A stretch of DNA of 64,000 nucleotides from Octopus vulgaris (lineage: Eukaryota): the NCBI GenBank assembly GCA_951406725.2, contig OX597838.1, positions 42,780,001 to 42,844,000 of the forward strand, written 5' to 3'. A program made the position numbers and the translations under genes. The notes beneath the pieces are model-generated. The model was not told the DNA's origin, made no database searches, and saw only the letters and a program-made list of their open reading frames with translations. Shown piece by piece: positions 24,801 to 37,795 of the stretch (the stretch's first letter is position 1; the number at the start of each line of letters is the position of its first letter).

Positions 24801-25470
24801 ATCACGTCATCCCATAAGTTGTGTCCGATTTTACCTTTTTGAAGATTGAATGACATTTAATAGTATTTTAGAATGTCTAATGGAATTAAAAATCATTTTT
24901 ATGCATTTGTGTACATTTAAACTAATTAAATATTATTTTACAGAATAATAGAATTAAAATTTCTTTAATTAAAACCCTTTCTAACATGGAAGTATCCAAA
25001 GAGCATTTCAGGCACAAAATGTTTTATGAGAACAAAAATGGAAACTCTGCAGCCAAAGTGACTTGAAACATTCACTCAGTTTATGGGAAAGAATGCTTGA
25101 ATGAAAGAACTTGCAGAAGATGGTTTGCAAAATTCTAAAGTGGAGATTTCAGCCTTGAAGATGGAGATCGTCCAGCTGAGTTTGATGATAAACTCCTTGA
25201 GGCATTATCAGTTGAAGAATTGGTAATAAGGCTTAGTTCAAACCATACAGCTGTTCATCATCATCCTCAAAACTTGGAAAGGTTCCTAAACTTGGAAAAT
25301 GGGTGCCTCATGAATTGTCCAAAAGCAACTGCAAATCTCGGGTTGACATCTGCGCTTCTCTCCATTATTGCAAACTCATTTCACCCTTTTTGGATAGACT
25401 TGTGACGAAAAATGGATCTTCTATCGAAATATTAAGCATCATAAACAGTGGCTTGGTAAAGGGGAAAAGA
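24801..25470 (+). mobile_element. Degenerate mariner (Tc1/mariner) transposon, 5' half
   Basis: From 24985: MEVSKEHFRHKMFYENKNGNSAAKVT*NIHSVYGKECLNERTCRRWFAKF*SGDFSLED (mariner HTH), later GKWVPHELS and FLDRLVT. Has stops and frameshifts and is interrupted by an RTE. Confidence 0.88.
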
Positions 25471-26230
25471 CATGGGTTGGACGGTTTGGCTGAGGACTGG
25501 CGAGCCAGAAGGCTGCACCAGGCTCCAATTTGATCTGGCAAAGTTCTACAGCTGGATGCCCTTCCTAACACCAACCACTCCGAGAATGTAGTGGGTGCTT
25601 TTATGTGCCACTGAGGGCCGGTCAGGCAGTACTGACAATGACCACGTTCAAATGGTGCTTTCTACATGCCACCTGCACAAGAGCCATTCCGGCAGCACTG
25701 GCAACGACCATGCTTGAATGTTAATTTTCACGTGCCAGTTGGTAGCGATGCTGGCAATGATCATGCCTGAATGGTGCTTTTAATGTTCCACTGGCATGAG
25801 TGCCAATCAGGTGGAACTGCCATTGGCCACGCCAGTGATTTTGATTTCACCTGCCTCAACAGCTCTTTGCAAGCAAAGTTTATTGTCCACTGAATGAAGG
25901 GTACTTTTAAATGGGCTGGTTATGCACCACTGACATAGGCCACGGGTTATGGTCTCACTTGGCTTGCCGAGTCTTCTCAAGCACAGCATATCTCCAAAGG
26001 TCTCGGTCACATGTCATTGCCTCAGTATGGCCCAATGTTCAAAGTTTGTGCTTCACCACCTCATCCCAGGTCTTCCTGGGTCTACATCTTCCACAGGTTT
26101 CCTCAACTGTTAGGGTGTGACATTTTGCACACAGCTATCCTCATCCATTCTCACGACATGACCATACCAGCACAGTTGTCTCTCTTGCACACCACATCTG
26201 ACGCTTCTTAAGTCCAACTTTCCTTTCAGG
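25471..26230 (-). mobile_element. Degenerate RTE LINE 3' fragment
   Basis: RCGVQERQLCWYGHVVRMDEDSCV plus the same 3' UTR as 40209-40830. Confidence 0.85.
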
Positions 26231-27644
26231 GTGTTTACATTCTGTTGCGTGGCACCTTGGCTTCTACTACAGCCCCAAGCCAACCATAAGCCTCGTGGGT
26301 GGGTTTGATAGGTGTGTGCATGTGTGTTACTGTCTCCTTGCTTTGACATCACGTGACAGATGCAAATGAGGGCCATTGCACGTGGTCCCTTTCATTTTCA
26401 GCCTTCCAAATCAGGTCATGGGGAAATATTACCTTATTTGGAAACTACTGAGGGTTGGCGACAGGAAAGGCACATCTGGTAGCCTAAAACAATTTCCATC
26501 CAACCCATGCAAGTCTGAAAAAGTGGACATTAAAACAATGAAACAATGATGATGATGATGATGATGATGATGATATACAAGAAGCCTTTTCATTTTTCGG
26601 TCACAAGGCTTTGGTTGGTTATAGTGGAAGACACTCAGCCTAGGTACCAGGCAGGAGTGAACCTGAAACCACATGGTTGGGAAGTAAATGTCTTAACCAC
26701 ATGGCCATAACAGAGAGACAGAAACAGGGAGTGTTGCTGTAGAGGAGGTACATGGCTATGGAAAAGAAGAAGAGAGAGAGAGATGGTGAAGAAGATGAGG
26801 GCATATTGCTAAGTTAGAGAGGGAGATGAATAGAAAGAGAAGTAGGAGACGGGAGTGGAGAAGGATAAGGAAGAACTAAGATAAATCAGGGGGCGAAACA
26901 TGAGATTTCAACTTTTTAGACAAACCACATGAATTTTTTGAAGTTCTCTAAAGTAAGGGCAACTGTTGCCAAGCCCTGAGCCACAAGTAGTCACATTCCA
27001 AATAGCATTGTTGTTGTTGTTCATAAATTGGAACAAAGTATTCTTTTATGCAAGAAACAAAGTTAAATTTCAGTTTAGAAAATTCTTTCTGTTGAATACT
27101 TTTGTGTGTTTCCTCAAATGAATCTCTTTGGATTTTACTTCTTTTGATTTCCCAGCACGCGTGTTTCAATTTTAGGCACAAGGCCAGCAATTTTAGTGAG
27201 AGTTGGTTAGTTGAATACATCAATCCTGATAGTTGGCCGGGACTTATTTTATCAACCCCAAAAGGATAAAACGTAAAGTTGACCTCAGCAAGATTTGAAC
27301 TCAGAGCTGAAAGAGATGCTGCTAAGCACTTTTTGTCCTACGCACTAACAATTCTGCCAACTCACCATTTTGATATTCAAGCATTATGGCAGTTAATATC
27401 TCAAGCAGTAAATTAGAAATTGATGATATTAATCAATATCAGACATAGTGTATCTAGGATTATATCTTTGAATATGTGTTTCCCTTCTTTAATTCAAGAG
27501 AGATTTAGTGACTATCTCTAGCAGGTCAAGTGACAGGTACAGGTTCCATTGATGGCTCGAGTTAATAATCTGCAATTGCATACATATATCTATGATTTAG
27601 CTCCTTCTATTAGTAACACACACAAAGTTACACAGATGACTTAC

Positions 27645-27713
27645 CTCTTCATCTTCCTCCTCTTCATCCCAATTTCGGTCGTTCAGCTCTGACGTGGCAT
27701 TACGTTTTGCCAT
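27645..27713 (-). CDS. NUP50: Nup50 coding exon 1 (MAKRNATSELNDRNWDEEEEDEE), importin-alpha-binding N-terminus
   Basis: Hand translation matches the Nup50/Nup2 N-terminal motif MAKRxAxxELxxxNWDxE. A pyrimidine tract plus AG acceptor sits at 27724-27723, followed by 9 nt of UTR, so the whole exon is 27645-27722. GTAAGT donor, phase 0. Not in the ORF track. Confidence 0.95.
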
Positions 27714-29301
27714 AGTTACTTCCTAATCAAAACAAAAAGAAACAAAATTATGTCAATATTACAGGAACTGAACCCTTATGTGGCCAACCCACATTAGACT
27801 GCCCCTCCTTGTTTTATGATATACACTTCCTTGTTATAAATTGATCTAAATTAAAAGCTCTCAGAACAATTTCAACAAACACCAAAGTTATTTCACTAAA
27901 CTCTTTATTATTCCCAAAATTAACCCAAATCTTCCTGTTCTGCCCTCAGAGCCACCACCTTGCTCTCTCTCTCTTTCTGCCCCCATGCCAATTACTACCT
28001 TTTATTCCAGTATAAAACAAGCAGCAATGCATCTCCTCTACAACAAAAAGAAAAAAACCTTATTCTGTTCTGACCCCTTGCTTCATAAAGCTGCTTCCCT
28101 CTCGACCAAAGCTCTGTTCAGATGAAGAGGATCATAATTTTGCAAGCTAAATGGCAACCTCACTAATGCTGGTGCCACAATAACAAGTACCTCTGTCAAG
28201 TGGTTGGCATTAAAAAGAGCATCAGTCATAGAAACCATGTCAAAGCAGACATTGGAGTTCCAATTCAGCAGATCTTATTAAACCATTCTTCTCATGGCTG
28301 CATGAGAAAATGGATGTTCAGAAATGATGAAGGACAATTCAGTTCAACAGAAATACAGAAACAAAAGGACTCAAGAGATTTCCCACAAGAATTCATTAAA
28401 CTCTGATGTCACCAAGAATTAAAAAAAAACAACTTAATGCCAATATTATTAAGTAAACCATGAGCAAAGATGAGAGACTGGTGCCGTGGCCCATGTTGAA
28501 TGAAGGCAAAATAAATTTATCGAATATTTTGCTTTGATAAGGCTGAGACACTGAATCTATTTTTCATTCTATTTTGCATATAAAATCATTTTGGTTCGAG
28601 TCATCACCAATATCTTCCATGTTTTTCTTATGGATCGGAAGGCAGCAAACTGGCGGAACCGTTAGCATGCTGGATGAAATGCTTAGGGATATTTCACCCA
28701 TCGCTACGTTCTGAGTTCAAAATCTGCCAAGGTTGACTTTGCCTTTCATCTTTTCGGAGTCGATAAATTAAGTACCAGTTACGCACTGGGGTTGATGTAG
28801 TCGACTAGCCACCCACCCCCACCAAATTTCAGGCCTGGTGCCTTTAGTAGGAAGGTGGATTATAATAGATTGGATGAGTCTGCAAAAGAGAACAACTATA
28901 TTCCTTGAGGTTCTGCATCAAGTATTGTAGATTTAAATTAAAAAGTTCTTCATAATGGTGCATGTAAATATAAATCCAGTCTATAAAGTGACCTGGCTGG
29001 AAATGGTCCACACAATATACAGCACCAGATCAGACAAGCTTGGAACTGAAAGTGGCCCAGATGTCAGGATTTTCTGGTTTTCTGCAGACGGCCTGAATCT
29101 TGCTGATGTCACGTAAAGAGCATCCAGTCCACCCTGTAAAGTGGTTGGCACTAAGAAGGGCATCCACGCATAAAAACCACGACAAAGCAAGCAGACGATG
29201 GAGCTTGGCACAGTCCTCCATCCTATCAGCGCCTGTCAAACTGTCCAACCCATGACAGCATGGAAAAGATATATGATGATGATGATGCTAAATTATATTA
29301 A

Positions 29302-30378
29302 ACCTTTCGTTACTATATTTCTGACCAAATTACACCCCTTATGTGTTTCAATTAATTTCTAACGTAATCATAAATTTAGTCTGGTTTCATTAAACAACTA
29401 TAACTTTTTTATTTATCAATATATTAACATGAATTTTGGAAGATAATTTAATGAAATATTCTCAACCAATTCTATACTATAATTTTTGTCACAAAGTGAC
29501 TCTAATTGCAGGTAGATACAGGTAAATTCAAGAATATATAAAATTATTAAAATTTTGTTCAAACATCGCTATAGAAAATGGGTTATTAGCTAATATTCAA
29601 TTGGGTATACAACAAAATTTTACAATAGAATTTGTTATTCTGGCTAACTTTCTGATACCCATAATAATATTTATGGCAAAATAGGCCTTAATTTCATTTA
29701 AGGTTGTGGGAAATAACAAACTATCCTTTCTTTTGCTTTGTTTACATTTAGCGTAACAGTTCGTTTCCGCCGTAATGATTTCAAATGGGCTCATTCGAAA
29801 AAGTAAAAAGAAATAGTCTAAGGCTTTACTCTTCTGGGAAAGTCTGTGGCTTGGTCCAGTTTCTTCAGAAAAATCACCGAAAGAAACAGTTTTTAAATTT
29901 TCACTCCATTCCGGTGCCAATTCATTTTCTTTATCGCTGTCGGAGCTCTCGGATTCACTGTTTTCACTTTCGGAAAATGAAACATCAAATTCATTATCAA
30001 ATACCACATGCTTTTTTTTTTCAGTCATAGAGTTAGATTTATGAAGGTCTTCAGTAGAAAATCCTTCGAATTCTGACTCACTGCTTGATATAATGAAATT
30101 CGTATCCATTTTTTGTCAGAATTACAAATTTTGAAAACACAATAGGAACAAATTTCGGAAAAAAATCTCCCATAATTCACGGAATTAAAATTACACTTCG
30201 ATTTTTGTACAAAACTGTAGTTGAACTGTTTACGAAGTATAATACGTGTTTTCACGAATGTACTAAAGAGATTTACTCTGATATTCTCATTTAAATATGA
30301 ATAGGTAAATTCGGGCGATTTGGGGCGGCTTGGTCACATTAACCAAAATTTTTTTCGGGCGGTTTGGTAACGAAAGGG
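29302..30378 (-). mobile_element. Internally deleted piggyBac element with TIRs and TTAA target duplications
   Basis: TTAA|acctttcgttac ... gtaacgaaaggg|TTAA. ORF 29597..30109 has an acidic N-terminus and ALDYFFLLF..IITAETNCYA..EIKAYFAINIIMGI, typical of a PGBD4-like transposase N-terminus. Confidence 0.88.
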
Positions 30379-30744
30379 TTAAACAGATTCAAATTAATGA
30401 AGTTCTAAAGTGGGGTCAGTTTGATCTTTGCTAATCCCCTTAAAATGTAGGATACTGTAGCATAGATACAGGATGATGTTTACAGGATGAGAATGAAACA
30501 AAGAAAAATCCAACCAACACAGGTAGAAATGAATCCACTTCTTAAACAGAAAACGTTTCATTTTCATCAATCCACATAAAAAAAAAGGAAAGAACAAAAC
30601 TATTTTTAAGATGCTGTATGCAAATTAACCAAAACTAACCAGCTTTTTTTTGGTAATTCCAGATTTTTGGATGCTGGATAAGAAACCTGGTACCACACAC
30701 ACACAGTGGAAAATCCTTGGGACTATACACTTAGAGATAAAAAA

Positions 30745-30873
30745 CTTTCCTTATTAATTTTTCCACTGTAATAATTAAATGTTTATAAATCATTAGGTGT
30801 TTACAAATCATCTGTAAACACTGAATGATTTGTAAACATTTAATTATTACAGTGGAAAAATTAATAAGGAAAG
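30745..30873. repeat. Near-perfect palindrome with about 61-bp arms
   Basis: ctttccttattaatttttccactgtaataattaaatgttt... is followed by its reverse complement, with 3 mismatches and a 7-nt loop. Confidence 0.9.
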
Positions 30874-30905
30874 CCATGTCTATTCACTTTACCAATTACC
30901 TATCT

Positions 30906-30964
<59 letters not shown>

Positions 30965-30972
<8 letters not shown>

Positions 30973-31268
30973 TGTTCCTTCTTGAGCCATGCCTGGCTCA
31001 TAAGGGCCGGTTTCCCGGTTTCTTGGCGTATAAATTCCCCACCTGGACGGGACGCCAGTCCATCGCAGGTGAGCTGCAAGATGCAGGAGGAAAGGGTGAG
31101 AGAAAGTTGTGGTGAAAGAGTCAGCAGAAGTTAACCATTACCTTCTGCCAGAGCCGTGTGGAGCTTAGGTGTTTCGCTCATAAACACACACATCGCCCAG
31201 TCTGATATTCGAACCTACGATCCCTCGACCGCGAGTCCACTGCTCTAACCACTAGGCCATGCGCCTCC
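30965..31268 (-). mobile_element. tRNA-derived SINE family C
   Basis: Minus-strand head GGAGGCGCATGGCCTAGTGGTTAGAGCAG...GGTTCGAAT, with a well-preserved CpG-rich body. Confidence 0.8.
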
Positions 31269-33929
31269 ACACACACACACACATTTATATATATATATAT
31301 ATAAAACAAGAAAGGGTTGGTAACATAGTCAGTCACTCCTTAAACATTTGATGCTGTTGTATAACATAATGTAGTTTCTACTCAGCAATGGCTGTATAGC
31401 TCTAATCTATAGGATTCGTAACTTGGAGCAGAAATCTAACCATCCTAGGGCAGCCCTAAACACATACTAACCCAAACCCAAACACACACACACATGCCTA
31501 ACAGCTCCAGTAACCATGTGGCAGAAGCCCATTAAAGATTAATACTTATGCATCATGGTTCCCATACAAATAAATACGCAATTAGAGATAGATACCAGCA
31601 GAAAGAATGAAAAGAGAACAGAGATTGAGTCAGTGGTGTCTAGATTAAGGATAATTATTGCCAGCTATAAATACTTCACACTCCATTGCAGTAATGTTTG
31701 CATTGTGTGAGAGCAAAAAGCAACCTAAATGCTTGGCTGAATATTTCATATTCCTCTCCTATCTAACCTACATGTCCCTTTACATATGCAACGCCCCCCC
31801 CGCCCCATCTGGCTTCCATCGATAACACCAACAGCTATGTGAGTTTGTGATGTCTACATCTCTCTTGACAAGAGGTGAAGTGTTTTACAGTTGCTTCTCC
31901 TTTTTAACCACAGGCGATGTGTTAAATTTATAATGAGTATTATGAGATCATATATGCTAAATCTGTTTTTTTTTTTCACCTGGCTCACCTGAGAGACTTA
32001 ACAAAAGCAGAACTTATATTGCTGTATCCAGGCTAGACATGTGACAGGTGGGATCCACTTCCTAGTCACAGATGAGAGGATTAGAGTCCAGAGGGTCTAT
32101 GTTTCTCTGGATCTGGATTAGGTGATTAGTGTGGACGCTGTAGGGAGAAGAGAAAAGAGGTTTTGCAACAGCTGAGAAACTCCATTCTTCTTCTCAGATG
32201 ACGAGAGGGGTAGTTGGAGGCAGTCCTGACCCCCCACCCCCACCACTTACCCAAAGTTATCAGATTCATTGCCGTGTTTTCACCAACACTGACCACCACC
32301 ACTTTCTCGTGATTTAGGTTTTATTCCCCAGATACTCCTGTTGCAACAACCATGAAATGAGATCAATAACCAGTATGTAGGGGATTTGCACCAAGAAGGG
32401 CATCAAGCTGCAGAATGGAGCCGGTGAAGGCACATGGCTTAGTGGCCAGGGTACTCAGCACATGATCGTAAGGTTGTAAGTTCAATTCCCAGCAGTGTGT
32501 TGTGTCCTTGAGCAAGACACTTTATTTCATATTGCTCCAGCCTATTCAGCTGGCAAAATGTCTGTGGAGTACTCAGCCACTCGCATGTTAATTTCATGTG
32601 CAGGCTGTTCTGTTGATCAGATCAACTGGAACCCTTATCATCGTAACCGATGGAGTGCCAGGGCCTTAATCTCACCCATTGCCAGCTGACGAAACCCCTT
32701 ATGATATCCCGGATGTGGATCATTTCCAGAGTCTCCAGCTAAGGAATTTCACCTGAAGGAATTGGTCAACTCAACATTAAGGTAGAAGACCCTTCTCCAC
32801 AGTCCATATGTTGAGATCAAACCCACAGCTACATCTAAATGTGGCATTTCAATTCTTTGAACAACTTTGGCTGTAACTTCAAAGTTAAAATGCCAAAATG
32901 AAAGGAGAAATATCCGAGACAAGAAAAGCCAAACACGGAGGTGAGAAGTGAAGTTTCCCGTGGATCTGAAACACAGATTCCCAAACTGCATATCATGAAA
33001 ATTTATCAATCCTGATAAATTTTTGTGAATATTTGATTCTGAAGCATCGTTATAATCTGATAATTCCACATAGAATTAGATACGCGACTGGTAATATATG
33101 ACATAAGATTCTTTTCATTCTTTCATTTGTTTCAGTCATTTGACTGCGACCATGCTGGAGCACCGCCTTTAGTCGAGCAAATCGACCCCAGGACTTATTC
33201 TTTGTAAGCCTAGTACTTATTCTGTCGGCCTCTTTTGCCGAGCCGCTAAGTTACAGGGACGTAAACACACCAGCATCGGTTGTCAAGGGATGTTGGGGAG
33301 ACAAACATATACACACACACATATATATATATATATACATATATACGACAGGTTTCTTTCAGTTTCTGTTTACCAAATTCACTCACAAGACTTTGGTCGG
33401 CCCGAGTCTATAGTAGAAGAGACTTGCCCAAGGTGCCACGCAGTGGGACTGAACCCAGAACCATGTGGTTGGGAAGCAAGCTACTTACCACACAGTCACT
33501 CCTGCACCTATATTTAATCATTAACACAATTTAATGCTTTGGAAATTATATTTTCATAAAGTTTGTTGCCAATGTGTTAGAAAGCTCAGTTTATAACTAA
33601 AGAACAATAATGGGAATTTCAGTGGCTCTAAAATAATTTTCTGATCTGTAGAGTTAAGTAAAATCACGTTAAATGACGATGACGATGTGCAGTGTGTTGT
33701 AGCCTACAGAAAGCAACCATGGAATTTTTCCAACGTCGTTAGAAAGTTTCGTCTTACATCTGAAAAGACAATGCAGCACCAACAGATCTGTGTTGCTATA
33801 GCGACAACCACATAAAATAGATGATGTGTTGTGGTCTTCATGCACTGTCATGAGGTTCACATCCTGTTGATTAAAGTAGATGATGCTGAACAGCACGTAA
33901 TTATGTTGGAAGGACCAAACAGGAGAGTC

Positions 33930-33982
<53 letters not shown>

Positions 33983-34435
33983 GAGGCAGGGTTTAGACAA
34001 ATTCTGTATTAAGGCTAAGAATAAGTTCAGAGGATCAAATTAGTGAGAAAGGCTCTAAATGAGGAACCCAGATCAGCTGCCTCTACTAAGACCAGCACCA
34101 CTGCCTCATCCAGTCTCCAACACCCTAGTAACGACAACTTTGTGTTAGTTTAGTGCAGAGTTCATAGTTGATGTTGACTGAGGTTTACAAAAGCAACGGA
34201 AACTCCTTATGTTGCCAAATAGGGAGGTTAAAGTAAGAAAGGGACACATTATCCCTGATCAGAAACAACAGTCGACTTCTAATTCACATCCTGACCGTAG
34301 ATTTCTCAACCAGCCGAGTCTGCAGAATCAATCCAATTCCAGGCCAAGCCATTCCATTTCACCCGTACCAGTGATTACTAACCTTAATAGCTTATCAGGG
34401 GAGGATTTCCACTGGGCTGACACGATCACATCTTT

Positions 34436-34662
34436 AGCCCTTTAGCATTTCAACTGACAATACCCAGCCAAAATATTCTATCTGTTTCATGTTCAAACTG
34501 GCCAGATTCAGCATCTCACACTTACCCAGCAATGTCATTCTAAAAATAAACAATCACATCTTTGAAATCTCTACGCTACGAGATAACACATGATCAGTTA
34601 TTAAAAAAATGTGAGTAAATAAGTGTTACGCTTGACAGAGAAAAGCTGACTACTAAAGGGTC
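34436..34662. mobile_element. piggyBac-type MITE family (ccctttagcatt...aatgctaaaggg)
   Basis: Short TIRs beside TTAA-like ends. Other copies at about 7348-7510, 36675-36780, 50438-50647, 51825-52040, 54474-54690, 59237-59427, 59596-59815. Confidence 0.75.
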
Positions 34663-36408
34663 AGAAGACACTCTAAACCCTACCAAGAATTATGAAACCA
34701 TTTTGACATGAACGACAGAGGAATGGGTGCTACTATTTTGTGCACAACAAAGGTGCCAGGCATGGCTGTGCGGTTGAGACGTTCACTCCACAACCACATG
34801 GTTTCATGTTCAGTCCCACTATGTGACACTTTGGCTAAGTGCCTTCTACTACAGCCCTAGGCTGACCAAAGCTTTGTGAGTAGATCAAGTAAACAGAAAC
34901 TGAAAGAAGCCCATTGTGTGTGTGTGTATCCTTGTCTTGACACTAAAGGATTGTTATAAGTGCGTGTCATTTTCAGTCTTGTCATCATCATCAGCATTTA
35001 ACATTCGTCTTCCATGCTGGCAAGCCAAAGAACTGTGCCCAACTCCACTGTCTGCCTTTCCTAACACCAACCACTTTACAGAGTGGATCAGGTGCTTTTT
35101 TCTTTTATGCGGTACCAGCACAAGAAAGGTCTACATTGGCATGGGTTTTATGGCTGGATGCCCTCCCCAATGCCAACCACTTTACAGAGCAGACTGGGTT
35201 CTTTTTAGTTGGTCAGCTTTTCGACCAAGAGGAAACAGGTTAGGGGTAGTGACAGGAAGGGCATCTGGCTATAGCAAATTTACCTCAATGAATTCTGTCT
35301 GAGCATGGGAAAGTGAACATTAAAATGATGATGATGTAACACAAAGACCTTTTCCTTTTGTGGAGATGCAGCAATTTCAATTTAAGGCTTATGGTGCATG
35401 TGTACGTATATTGTGGTGTTGGAGGTGTGTATGTCTGTAGAATGAAATGAAAATCTTCATTGCAGCTAGAGGAAAAGAATTAAAAAGAAACGAGATACGA
35501 GAGAGAGAGAGAGATAAAGAGAGAGAGAGAAAGGGAGATAAAGAGAGAGAGAGAGAGAGAGAAAGAAAGAAAGAGAGAATAACAACAACTACTGCGTTTT
35601 CATTATGTCTAGAATTCTGTTATTTCTGGTTTAACTACAATTGATTTTGAACAGTTTTCAACAGCTACTATTATTATTATTAATTTTATTATTATCTTCA
35701 TTGTGTATTTAAAAGTACACTTACCTTCCCTACCAATTCCCTGCGCACTACATTACAGCAAATCCCTGACACTGAGAGTGAAAATAGCCACAGCAATAGT
35801 TTTGTCTTTATTTAATCACACATTTTAATCTCTCTCTCTCTCTCTCTCTCTGATAAAATTAACAGGGAAAAGCAGCAAGTTTCCAATCAATGAAATTGTG
35901 TAGAGCAGTGGAAGAAAATGATGACGGCAGCGATGATGACGATAGTTGATTCAGTAAAAATTATATGAAATATTTTTCTATTTTTTTTTTTCCTTTTGTT
36001 ACTAATTCTTTGAATAACCTACAATTCTCCATCTGTCTGTCTGTCTGTCTGTGAGATTTCCATTAAGGAACAAAAAAACAAACAAACAAAATATTAAAAC
36101 CCCAAGGATTTCCACTTGTTGTAATTCATTATATGGACTGCATTTAACACTTGGCCAACCACCTCCACTCACTACTAAAAGCAAATCTAATCGACACACA
36201 ACCAATTTTACAAGCTACACACACACTCAGCCATATATACTCACACAATATATATACACACACACACACACATTTCAAAATGCTTTCTGAATATTGCTCT
36301 TTGAGCCAGTCATGTTCATATAAAACATGTTAATCTACTGACTTACACTACAGACTATATAAACCAGTTTATGTTTTTCTGGGTTTTTTTTCTTTTGCCA
36401 TTGATCTG

Positions 36409-36444
<36 letters not shown>

Positions 36445-37359
36445 CACTGGGTAGAATTATTAGTGTTGGACGAAATGCTTAGCGACATCCGTTCCCAGTT
36501 CTTTACACTCAAAGTTCAAACCCTGGCAAAGTTTCCCGTTGTCTTTCATCTTTTCAGGGTTGATTAAATACAATAAAGCACTCGTCCAGTCTTGGGGTCA
36601 TTGCAATCGACTGACTAAACCCCCCACCCCCACCCCTACAATTTCTGGCCTTGAGCCAGAATCTGAAACCACTTGACCCTTTAACATTCAGATTATTTTG
36701 TCACATGCAATGCTTTATTTATTCTCATTGGTTTCAATTAATTAGGCATTATCTCATGGCTTCGAAATGTTGATGTCATCATCCTCATCATCCTCATTCA
36801 ACCACCGTTTTCCATGCTAGAAGGAGTTGGATGCTTTGACAGAAGCTTGCAAGCCAGAAAGCTGCACCAGGCTTCATTTTCCTTTTTCGTTTCTTTTGTT
36901 TTTTTTGCATGGTTCCAATGGCTGGATGCCCTTCCAAATGCCACCCACTTCACAAAGGGGATTGAGTGCTTTTTACGTGGCACCAATACAGGTGCTTTGC
37001 AGGTGCCACATAAAAATCACAGATGTGAGAAGCCGGGTCTGTCCAGTTGGAACATAAAACAGGAAAAATATTCAGGTGGATGTGACGCAGATGGTTTAAA
37101 CAGGTTAAGGTAGCAAGCTAGCAGAATTGGCAGAGAATCGGACAGGATGCCAAGTGGCATTTCTTCAGACCCTTCAAGGGTTTAAGTTGAACAAATCAAT
37201 GCCAGTATTTATGTTTTTTTAAAGTCTGGTATTCATTCTATCGGTCACTTTTGTTGAACTACAAAGTACAGGGATGTAAACAAACCAATATCAGTTGTCA
37301 AATGGTAAAAGTAATTATTTTAATGCCTATTATACCAAGTTGTCAAGTGGTAAAACAGG

Positions 37360-37795
37360 CCCATGGAGGGAACATGTGAAAGGGGTAGACCCAGGAAGAT
37401 GCGGGACGAAGTGGTGAGAAAGGATCTTCAGATGTTGGACCTCACAGAGGGAATGACAGGGGACCAAGACCCCTGGCGATTCACTGTGCTTGAGGAGACA
37501 TGTCAAGCTAAGTAAAATTGAGGCCGTTCTTGCATACAGGCATGTTCCCTGCCCCCCCCCCCCCCTTCAGCTGAGCATTCCTAATCTTGCAGGTTCATGG
37601 GTGTTGGTGCCACGTAAAAGCATCCGGTACACTCTGTAAAGTGGCTGGCATTAGGAAGGGCAACCAGCTGTAGAAACCATGCCAAAACAGACCTGGAGCC
37701 CTGGCAGCTCTTCAGCTGATCAGCACCTGTCAAACCGTCCAACCCATGCCAGCATGGAAAAACAGACGTTAAATGATGATGGTAATGATGATGAT
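37360..37795 (+). mobile_element. Degenerate RTE LINE 3' end
   Basis: EGTCERGRPRKMRDEVVRKDL, followed by the RTE 3' UTR and a GAT tail. Confidence 0.8.

Noticed and set aside
31195-31268. tRNA-like sequences here and at other SINE heads
   Set aside because: They lack a complete acceptor stem and cloverleaf and continue into SINE bodies, so they are not called as tRNA genes.
32700-33069. 106-aa ORF, possibly an L1/Tx1 ORF1 relic; similar vague relics at 541-780, 56200-56830 and 62900-63260
   Set aside because: No motif recognisable with enough confidence. Probably decayed transposon sequence and needs a profile search.
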